The notes beneath the pieces are model-generated. The model was not told the origin of the DNA. It did not search any database and saw only the letters and a list, made by a program, of their open reading frames with translations. Shown piece by piece: positions 24,201 through 36,200 of a stretch of 64,000 bases of DNA. The stretch lies in the NCBI RefSeq assembly GCF_964355755.1, contig NC_092675.1:2475812-2539811 (forward strand), given 5' to 3'. The position numbers were made by a program, and so were the translations under genes. Within the stretch, counting starts at the first letter, position 1. Every line of letters begins with the position of its first letter. The DNA is from Antedon mediterranea. Its lineage: Eukaryota > Animalia > Echinodermata.

Positions 24201-27200
24201 CCTTAATAAAGGTGTCCCCTCTTACTAGAGGTGTCCTCTTCTTAATAGAGGTGTTTCCCCTTAGAGTTGTCTCTCTTTAGAGGTGCCCAAACTGAATAGG
24301 ATTTTCAAAATGAAGGGTTCTACTGAAGCAGTATTAAACAATAGCAAAAATATTGTATACTGATGTTAAATCTTTGATCTGAAAGATTGCAAAACTGTTT
24401 GGCAACAATTGTACACAACTTTAGTCATAATTAGTTGGATGAACTACCCAAATCAATCTTATTAGGTGTTCTTAGATGCATCTTCCTTCAAAGCCAGGAA
24501 ATAGCTATTTTCCTTATGTACTATAGTTTCAAGTTCATTTATGGTAGATGCGATTAAAAAAACCTTACTGCACTTGTGGTTTTGTAAGTAATTGGATTAT
24601 TTAAACTGCTACATCATAATAACACATAATGTCAAAGTCCTTTACACTCACCTTCCTAATTTCCTTCAATAGATAACGCAGACTGCTTGATTGCCGCTGT
24701 TTCTAAAAGAAAAATTTTTTTTTATTTGAGGTATACTGAAAATGTGTAGGTATTTGAATAATTCAATAACAAGTAATAATAATAAGATCTACCACGTGTT
24801 GAAAATAGATTAATTAAGTAAACACATTCTATATTGCAAGATTCTACTTATCCCATGCATAATGTATTTGAGGTGTTACGTAGCGGTAGACATACTGGTC
24901 CATCATCTCTTATACAAATAGGTTTTTTGGAGCAGCTTTTATCCAGCTGTCATTCGAGCATTGAATGCTTCTCAGTATACAGTACAAAAGTGATGTGACA
25001 CTTTGTAATTGTTTTTGTTCGTTTTTTATTCATCTGCTTTTGTATATTTTAGAACAAACATAATTTCTATGTATTTGCAAATAAATGGAATTAAGTTTCT
25101 ACTGATGATTCCTCAATTTCACTTCATAAACGATGACTATCCTTTTGTGGTGAGACCCGACATTTATCTGTCTTTACTCCCTTAATTACTTACAAGATTG
25201 TATAGGTCTTCTAGCCTTCTAACAGTTAAAAACTTGTGCATATTGACGCCATTGTCTTTAAGCAGCCTAACAAACTCAACACGGTCAGCCATCAACGCAT
25301 CCTGCATTGCCTGTTCCAAGGCTGACTCCTGTAATAAAAAAATTAAAGCACTCAGAAACTGAGTGAAGTACTTGGCAAAATATTGCGACAGAGAGAGCAT
25401 GTTGATGTTGTTATTTCGGCTGCGAATACAAATTTGTCTTCTTTTTTTTTATAATGAACAAATTTTCTTGAATTTTAATAGCATTGTTCTGTAAAGTATA
25501 TACCTATTTTACACTGAAAATTATAGGCATTATTATCATGCTAACAAACAAACAAAGCAAATACTATACTATAAAGATTAAATAAATTCATCTCAGTCCA
25601 CAGATACTTTTTTTTCACTTACTTTTCTTAACTAAATAAGACACTTTTTCAACTGTACTGTTGTTCAAGTTTAAAAATTTCATATATAGAATTTTGGCCG
25701 ATAGGAAATGCCTATGTACTGAATGTTTGACAACCGTTAAACCGTTGAATCAAGCCACACGTAACATCAAATTAATTTTAAAATTGTATGTGAAAAAAAT
25801 GAAAGAAAGTAGTACAATTGCTTTGCTATGGCAACCACTAATAATTCATAGTCATGCGTTATAGTTTTTTTGAAATTAGGAACTTATTTAAAGTGCATAT
25901 CTACTTGTATTGTTTTTTTTCTTGTTTATTTCAGTCATCACCATATTGTTTGTTTTAACTGAAAGTTCAGACTTAAAGCCATTATGGCTTATTGTAATCT
26001 CCACACACAATAACATGTTTTATTATTATTTACTGTATAAGTACAAATGTATATAATTAGTGTAATATGTTGTGTGAAATAAAACTTAAACAGAAATACA
26101 TTTACTTTATCAAATTTAGATTATGGTGTTTATTATATAATAAATCTTAATTTATTCTCTTTACAAAATTTTTTAAAATTTAAATAACATGAAATGTAAA
26201 ATTGTAACAAATAATGAAGTGAATTTCATGATTTAATGTTATATTTGATTAATATAATTAACATAACTCGTTTCAACCATTTTTGACTTATTGAGTTTTC
26301 GTATTTATTCAAGTGAATATTTGTTTGACTCTGGCGTCAGTTAATATATATTATAATTTGACTGAATTTCAAGCAGAACAAGTTCACACTATAATGAATG
26401 AATAGTGAAATTTCAATGAATTATTTCTTTAAAATAACATTTTATCATTGATGGTGTTAAAGAGTCACTATCTAATCTGATACCATGAAAGCCCATGCGG
26501 CATATAATGGAAGGATGTCTGCATATAAAGCAGAAAATTCCAAATTCAAGTCATGTTTGGGGCATATTTGTTCTAATTATTAGTCGTTTTGCTGTTTAAA
26601 GAATCACTAACCAATTGGATTTATACATACCATAAAAGCCCATGTGGATTATTATGTTAGGATGTCTGCATATAAAGCAGAATATTCCAAAATGAAGTCA
26701 TGGTTGCAGCAAATTTGTTCCAATTCTTACCTTTTTTTGTCGTTTTGCTGTTTAAAAAGTCACTAACCAATTGGATTTATACATAATTATGTCTTTTTGA
26801 ATTAATTACTATTCAATTATTTTGCATTAATTAATTTAGTTCAATTAATTCAATGTTAATTAATTTGTAATAATGTATTATTCCTATTGCTTGTCTCTTG
26901 CAAAATTGTACCAAATTTGTCAAATATATATTATGCAATATTTAATCAATATTAATGAAATGTAATTATTTGTTTATATAATCACATGGCAGTAAATAGT
27001 TACAATTTTATTGTAATGTAATTGATCCGAAAGTTTTGAAGTTTCTTATATCTATATTAATGGTCGCGAAATATATAGCATTGCATTGCTATTGTTTACT
27101 ACTGGTATTCGCAGGCGTATTTGCATATGTAAATAAAATTATATTTATTTTGCCATGTATTTCAGTTCAATGGACTATTTAGAGACCTTGTGAGGTTAAA

Positions 27201-30200
27201 TAGACACTCCTATTAAAGATGTATTGTCCCCCAAAAACATGAAAAATGAAGATTAATTAAATCTGACTTTGAATAGGTTATTTTGTAGTTTTAGTAAAAT
27301 TAATCACTTTCGTAAAAATAATAATAATAATTTTTCTTTTACTGTATAAAATGGCAAAATAAATGGTCAAATTCAACCAAAAACTCCAATTTGACTATTT
27401 TTTGCTTTAAATTACAGTTTTTCAGGTAAATACATACAAGTGGATAACTATTATGTGATATTAAAATGGCATATTCAACAACAACAAATTAAAAAATAAT
27501 TTTTTTTCAAGGAGACAATATATCTTTAAGAGGACAATATATCATATATATATATCATCCAAAATCTCCTTTAAGACTTTTGGAGTGGAGTACAAACAGC
27601 TGTGAGGATTGAACCCTAGACCTTGGGATTGGAAGGCAAAGCATCCAACCCCAATTCAGGGGATAACCTTATTAAGGTGAACTTTGTTGGGTCCTAAAGG
27701 TGTCCACTTAAAAGGTATTAAGGGGCACTTTGTTGGGTCCTAAAAGTGTCCTCTTAATAGGGATTAAGTTAAACTTTGGTCCCCTTGGTTCTTCTGTATT
27801 ACAACATTTAAAATAAATTCAACAAGATAGCAGCCAATATTTCTAGTATCTAAAATTAACAATATATACATAATTCATGATACTTTAAATTATTACAAAA
27901 ACAGCTGAGTAGACATTTTTTTTTATTACCAAACTAGTTTCATTTTTTTTTGGAATGTTGTCAATATTATTTATAGTTTGCATTAAATTTAAGATTGATT
28001 TAGTTTTATTAATATAAAAGCATCAAGGATCTATCAAAATATTTTAACAATCTTGATATATTCTGACTAATAATATTAATGATATGAAATGTAGGAAAAA
28101 TGTGATATCTCTTTGAAAAAAAAAGTATTATATATACTGTATGTTATACAGTACAGTATAGTACATTTTATCTAAAATAATGTGTTTGTTCTTCTAGTTA
28201 TTATAGCTCCTATTAAAAAATGTATTATTATTTTATTAAAATTAAATAAAATTTATGTATATTTGTTTTCATTTCTAACATTCTTAACAATTGTTTAAAA
28301 TTAAATCTTAGTATTTTTTGTTTGGTGTTGTTTCATCATCATCATCCTCCGTTACGCTATTCGTCTTGGGTAGACATTGCGTACGCTAATCGTTTCCATG
28401 ACTCTCTTTCGGTGGTCTGATGGTCTGTCATTAACTTTGCGATCGATGTATTTGCTTTTTTGAGTTCTTTGTTTATGTTTCCTATCCAGGTGGTTTTTGG
28501 TGTTGTTTAGTTATAGAAAAAACAACATTGTTACCAAAATTAGAGGCTCCACAAATAAGCTTTATATATAAATCGAAAGGCAAATTATTGAAAAAATGAC
28601 AATGCTGTGAGTATCAGAGGCTGGTCTCAATAGAGATACAAAAAAAAATAAGCAACTAGATTTGAACTCGTCACTACGGACGAGTTAGGTTATCCGCAGA
28701 GCAAACGCCACGTGCACGTCATACGTTAGAATATTGCGCAGAGAAAACCATTATGCCATTGAAAAAATGTTAGTGCGCTCTCTATTTTACGTCACGTCTA
28801 AGTATACACAGTATACACTATATATTGTATACGTACTACATACAGTGAAGAATATGTGAAAATAAGTGGCCCAAGTTATTGGCGCTTTTGGACATGATGA
28901 CGTCATCACAATTTTAAAAACGGTATATCATGCGAAAGATAATTGATTGGCATAGACAATATAAAAAAATGGGGGGAAATGGAATTAGGATAAGTGGAGA
29001 TGCGCTCTATTAAATGTGATGAGCTATGACGAAAGAGACAAAAATCCTATATTTTATATTTGAGTGGCCATACGATGACGTCACTATGTCCTGTTAGCCA
29101 TATCGATGCATGATTCGATATCTACATCTCATCAACTTCCAGAATGTGTAATTTAAAAAAAGTTCACTTCGTAGTTTACAATCTATGACTGTTTTAAAAA
29201 AGGCATAATTTTCACGAATTTTTGAACTTTTTCATCAAAAACGCGCGCAAATTGTGCAATTCTACGTGCTCGTATGACGTGATTTTAAGTCGAAATTGTT
29301 TGAAAGTTGGTAAATTTACTAAAAAAGACAGGAAAAACAAAAATCAAGCAAAAAAAAGATGTTTTTGCGCTACGTGCGCACGCGCGCGTAAAAAAATTGC
29401 GCACGCGTGGGAATTTTTGAAATGCTCAAAATGACCTGAAACGCGTAGAAAGTTGATTAGAAAATGAATTTTCGCATTTTGAAATTTTAAACGCGCGTGC
29501 GCGCGTAACTTTTTGGAAAAGTGCCATTTTAAATCCATAGAAAGTTAGCGCATGATATAAATTACACTTTTGCCAAGTTTCAATTAAAATTGCTTTTTGG
29601 TTTTCAATCTATGTTAAATACGCAAAATTCACAAAATCGCGCGTAACTTACGCTGCGCGACTCTAAAGTCAAAAAACGAAACGTCCTGCACATCTACAGC
29701 TACAGGTCAATCTTATGAAAAAGTTACACAATCTTCTGTTTGCCAAAATTAGAGATACGCTGCCAACAAAATTCAGGGAAAGAAAGAAGAACTAGACATG
29801 AAACTCGTCACTTTGACGAGTTAGTTATCCGCTCGACAAACGCCACGTGCACGTCATACGTTAGAATATTGCACACAGAAAAATATTAAGGCATTATGAC
29901 CTGAACTGAAGAATATGATATGTTGTTATTTCTGAATTCTGTTATTTTGTGTCATATACATAGTATACACGGTACAATCTGTATACATATCACAAACAGT
30001 GTAAAATAGGTGAAATTACGGGACCCGTATTTTATTGTAATTTTTAACATCTTGACGGTTTCAAAATGAAATGCAAAAGTAGAAATTTCAGAATGAAATT
30101 ATCTCAGCAACAACATATTAACGTGTAGTAGAAATTTGAATACGTGAAATATTGATGCGCGTTCTTTTAAATGTAATGAAATATAACGCAAAAGATGAAA

Positions 30201-33200
30201 ATACGACTTTTTGTATTTAACTGGCCATATGATGACGTCACAACATTCGATTGGCACAATTTTTACATGATTTTGTATCTACAATACAATAGCTTCCTGA
30301 AAACGTTTTAATCGTGATTATCACATTTTATTCTTACGAGCTATAACAGATTAAAATTTACTGTAAAGATGAAATTAATGACCAACGTAATTTAAATTTT
30401 TAGGCATGATGACGTTAAAAAAATTAAAAATTTTTTAATTCATGCAAAAGATAGTTGATTGACCTAGAATATATTAAAATCGGGATGAAAATCGACTACG
30501 AATAAGTGGAGATGCGCTCTATTAAATGTGATGAGCTATGACGAAAGAGACAAAAATCCTATATTTTATATTTGCGTGGCCATACGATGACGTCACAATG
30601 TCCGGTTAGCCATATTAATGCATGATTCGATATCTACAACTCATCAACTTCCAGAATATGTAATTAAAAAAAAGTTCTCCATGTAGTTTAGAATCTATGA
30701 CTGTTTAAAAATAGGCATAATTTTGACGAATTTTTAAACTTTTTCATCAGAAACGCGTGCAAATTATTTAATTCGACGTGCTCGTATGACGTAATTTTAA
30801 GTCGAAATTGTTTAAAAGTTGGTAACATTACTATAAAAGGCTGAAAAAACATAAATCACGCGAAAAAAGCATGTTTTTAACGCTACGTGTGCACCGCGTG
30901 CGTAAAAAGTTTCGCGCGCGTGGGAATTTTTGACATGCTCAAAATGACATGAAACGCATAGAAAGTTGATTAGAAGTTGATTTTTCGCACTCTAAAATTT
31001 TAAACGCGCGTGCGCGCATAACTTTTTGTGAAAGATGCTATTTTTAATCCATAGAAAGTTTGCGCTTGATGTGACTTAAATTTTCACAAAGTGTCAAAAC
31101 AAAATTATGTTTGGTTTTCAGTCTATGATCAATCATTGAAATTCATAAAATCACGCGTAAGTCACGTTGCGCAACTCTGACGTCATTCAAAAATAGGAGG
31201 TGCACAAGTTCACGTAAATGTCGATATGTTGACAAAGTTACGATATGTTCTGTTTACACGTTTTAGAGAAACGCGACGCACAAAAATGACGGAAGGAAAT
31301 AAGTATAATACAGAAAAAAAAAAAAAATATGATGAAACAGGACGATTACAAGGAGTTATCCGCTACTAAGCGGATAACTAATAACATAGAAAAAAAAAAA
31401 AAAAAAAAAAAAAAAGATCCTGACAATAACAAGGGGTTATCCGCCAAATGCGGATAACCAAAAAGCTAAATCAAAACAGTAAAGTAAAACAGCCAGAAAA
31501 ATAAGCAGAGCTTTCGGGCAACACTAGCCCTTCATCAGTGCAAACCAATATCGAAACAGTACTGTCTGCTGATTGGATATATATAACAATAATATATATT
31601 TTATATTCCTGTAAAACAACATTGTTAACATTGTTTAAATACTAACAAGACTTTTGCAATGTAACAATAGTCGAATTGAAATAATAAAGTCCAATCTTAC
31701 CGGCCATTCTCGTCCATATACAAAAACCTGAGTTTTTGCAATATCGACACGATCCCAGGCCATAGCAAGACTAAGTTGGTCCGTGAATGCATGTTGCTGT
31801 GCCTTTAATAATGCTGTCAGAATGGCAAGATCTAGTTCTTCTTCTCCTTCACTTAAACAAAATACAGTTACCTAAATGAAACATGAAATATTTACTATTT
31901 ACACACAGAGATGAACACTAAACACTATTATAACACACCTGATTGTATTCATGCAATTTGATTGGTCAATTTCTGCATCATGTGTCATTTGGAATTAGCC
32001 CTATCTCATGGAAAATTGATATCTAATGGTGATAATTAACATGCATTTTGTGAAGTTTTGCCATACGACAATTTTAACTGAACACGTTCGGAAATGAACA
32101 TTTTTAAAGTTTCTGTCCTTTTTTTGAAATGTTTGGCTTGGGGGAGTTAACTGTAATAAAATATCTAATAAAAAAATTGGTTTTTAAGTAAGAAATTGAG
32201 TAATGGATAAATATTGAGTGATAACATGAATAAATAACAAACTGCTTACCAGTTCTTTATTCTTAACACATTCGATTATCTCTTTCAGAAGACTATGGGC
32301 TTCCTCTGTCACCAAATGGAATGTGTGCACCAAAGTATCAATCAATTGGTTTGCTATAGTACTATCTATCGATCTAAAACATAGAGTACACAGTATTTTT
32401 TAAAAATGGTCCTATTTCAATCACAAACTGTTTGTTGTTTTAAAAGTAAAGTTAAAAAGTATCTACAGGAACGTTCACTAGCTCTAGAAACTATTTAATA
32501 AGCGCTTCTTCTTTTTTCGATAGTCCTATATTGCTGGTTTTTTTTTTTTTTTTTTTTTTGTAATTTTTATATGTTGCATTGTTTGTCTTTTTGCTGTTCT
32601 TTCAAAGGACCTCATTGGAAACAAGTCCGTAGAGGACTTTTATGAGTTATCCTTGGCATCCTTGTTTTATTTTGGTATTTTTATATTTGCTAATTTTAAT
32701 TGTATGTCTGTGATTTTTTATGTACTGATGCCGAAATAAATCAAATCAATCAAAATCAATTACCATCAGTCAAATAATATATTAAAGGTAGAATAGAGGC
32801 TTAACACATTTACTTACCCTTCAGAAGTATATTTATAAGCAAACGCAAGTAAATCCGCTGCACGTCCTGTGCCATCAAATACAACCACTGGGATTGGTGG
32901 ATTACTAGTCACATGTTTCCTAATGGTATGTATAGTATTAACACCTCCTTCTATGACCACTGCTATAACAGGTAGCATTCGACCTAAAACACATACAGTA
33001 AAATGATGTTGTGAAGAAATAATGTGGGTACTGATGTTAGCACAAGTATTTGGCATTGATAATAGGTTTAAAAGACACAAAAGCCTTGTTCGCACTGGAA
33101 TAAAATGGTAAATTTATCCAAGGCAGCTTTACCCAATGTCATCGGAAGATTTGACCATCATTTGCACTTGGATATTTTTTCATGCAGTTAGTTTTACCGA

Positions 33201-36200
33201 AGTTTACTAATATTTAACCGTAAAAAAACGAGTCACATGTTTGGATTGGACTATGGTTAGTATTACTGAGACCATGACCTAGTTTTACTGGGCAAACAGT
33301 GGGGGGTAAAAAGTAACTATTGCACTGTGGGAATTGTAGCCAGTGTTCGGTTTGGACTTTTCTTTAGCCGGCGATTCGGTTAATTTGACCAAATTAGGTC
33401 CAGTTCTTTTGAGGCTTTAGACTTTCTTAAAAAGTTAGAAAAAATTACATCACAAGCTTACCTGAAGGCAGTTTCTGCTTTGACATGTATTGCTCAAATT
33501 GACATCGTAATGCTATTTCAGTTCCAAATTGACCTATGGTGCCATTGTCAACCAATAGAAAGTGTGTATGGTGACTGTTTAATTTTACCCCTTTGCTTGG
33601 AGGACATGACACTGTGTGGTAAGGTGTTGAGACCTGAAAAAATAAATGGTTTGTGTGTGTCGACGATGAACAGACTCTAATGTTGTGAAACCTCTAAGCG
33701 CTGTACATATTATTACCCTGGTCATTTTTGCATCAAACACATGGGCACATAAAGTTTGATAGTGTAGACAGAGCTTAATATTCCAAAGCTTTGTAAAGCT
33801 GTCCTTCATGATCTGAAGGTAGAAGTCTCTTTTGCAGAGTTTCAGAACTCTATGAAGACATAGTTAATATCAATACTTACGCCTTTTCCAATAAGGGATT
33901 CCTTCTTATTGAGAACACCCCACGGAGCAATACCAATCGTAACAACACGACCTCTCAATTTGACTGAATGATTATCAAGAGCATCTCCGCAATGTAAGGT
34001 GACACCTGTTAATTTAAATAATAATAAAATCCTGGATTTATATAGGGCCTAATGTTGTGTTCCAACCATGCCAAAAAAAATCCAAACATAAGTAAGCCTC
34101 GTCGCTAACCACGGATCGGTCTAATTGAACCCTGGTCAGCATCAGTCGTGTCTCGGTCATCCCGGACTCAGGCGCCTCCTGCCCTACTAAATTAGATCTA
34201 AAACTATCTAGGTGGCATGAAAAAGGAGAAAAAATGGGATTAATATGTTTTTTTAAATAACAAAAGACAATCAGGATAAGGCACTGAATACAAACACCTG
34301 TATATTTTTCAAACAAAAGAAACAGGAAATGGTACGCAACATTCGCACTAGAGTTAACTTTATTCTACACACACTAATCCAATCAAATTGGAGGACATTC
34401 ATGGCACGAAATTACCCTCTCATACCTATGTGTTGTCAACTATTAGACATAATTCCTCTGTGTGTACTTCTGATATAAATCTGATAGTTTATTCATGATT
34501 GTTTGTACAGTGCCTACACCTAGAGGGTACAACAGATGTTTTAAACCAGTCTATATTTTTGCATAATAATAATATTAATAATTCAACATTGTTTAGTTAT
34601 AAAAGCAGAACCACCAATGTACAGTAACTTTGAGAGACTGCAGTTTAATTATATAAATAGATAAAAGAGTGTCTAAACATAACTAAAAACACCTATAAAA
34701 TAAATGTGATATTACACATGATATAATCACAATAATTAATATACTAATCTGTGTACAGTGTTAACTGTTAGTAATATTATGCAATACAAAAACATGTACA
34801 TTTTTAAAACAAGACATCATGGCAATTGGTACTGTAAGTCATACAAACAACAGTAAACTACTTTTTAAATAGATTATGATTTTAATATGTATTTCTCCGA
34901 ATTGATTATAATAATAATCAATCAAAATATTGTGATTACGGTAAATAACATAATTTATAATTAACTGATGGATTGGAGTCTTAATGCTTGTTAGTTGCAA
35001 TATGCTTTGAATCAGAATTCATTTCATTCATTTATTTTAAATCCATATAATTTATATGTACATAGTTACTAATGTGAAGACAAATCACACCTTGCTTCTA
35101 GCTAATAGATTCATTTAAACCATCATCTGTGTGATAGACTGAGGCCATGTTAAACACAACTTTAATCAATACATTTAGGGACTGTACCATAGAGATATTA
35201 GACAACTAGAGAGTCAACTCAATCACAGCTCAACAAGCGATCCACCACGGAGAGGCACCATAGAAGATGGCTGCATCCTCAATCGGTCAATGAAACAAGG
35301 AAGTCGCTTTTGCTACAAAGTCACATGTCACATTACCTGCATTGCAGCATAATGAGTGTCTTGTAAAGTCGTTTGTCATTTGTACATGGTGAACTATAAG
35401 AAGACTATTCGAAAAAATCTCCCAGAGTGCTAATCTGGTAGGCGACTGCGATAACTGTGAAAATGTTATAAACTAAATATATTTTGAAAATGTCAATCTT
35501 ATTTATGTTTACCTTGTAATTTGAAAATTTGGGTTAGAATAGATGTTTTCTGTATTTACAAACTAAAATCCAAATTTTGGGTAAATGGTAATGGGGTTCT
35601 GCTGGTGACACTGGCAATAAACATTCTACATATTCTTTTTTTTTTAAAGAAAAATTCCTAAAAATTATGACATTATGAAAAATTCTTGTAACACCACCTT
35701 TTTAAAGCTCCACTCCACCTTATTTCCAGATACTGCTTCACCATGCAAAGAATAGCCAGCTATTATCAATTAATGGTTGATGTTGATAACAATAGAAATG
35801 TTAAACCTAGCTTTTCGTAACTAATTTATTAGATTTTGACAGAATGGATTTGGAATCAGAATAAAGAGTATAGCAAAAGTTGTAAGACCTTAAATAATAC
35901 ATCTTGGAAAAAAAGTATTGATCACTATTGAATCTTATTTTTAATAGTATGATATTAAAAGATAATTTTATGCATTACTATAAATGAAGACGATTAAACT
36001 TAATAGGAACATAATGACATTAAAATACAATATTTCAAATCATTAATAATTAATATTATACAACTAAATAATTGATACTTATTCGATTATTTCTGAAACT
36101 AATTAATTACTATAATAATTTGAACAAATTCAATTAAAAATTTAATTAAATGGCAGTATAGCTTGCCAATTAATAACATGATTGATTTTCAATTGTCGTG

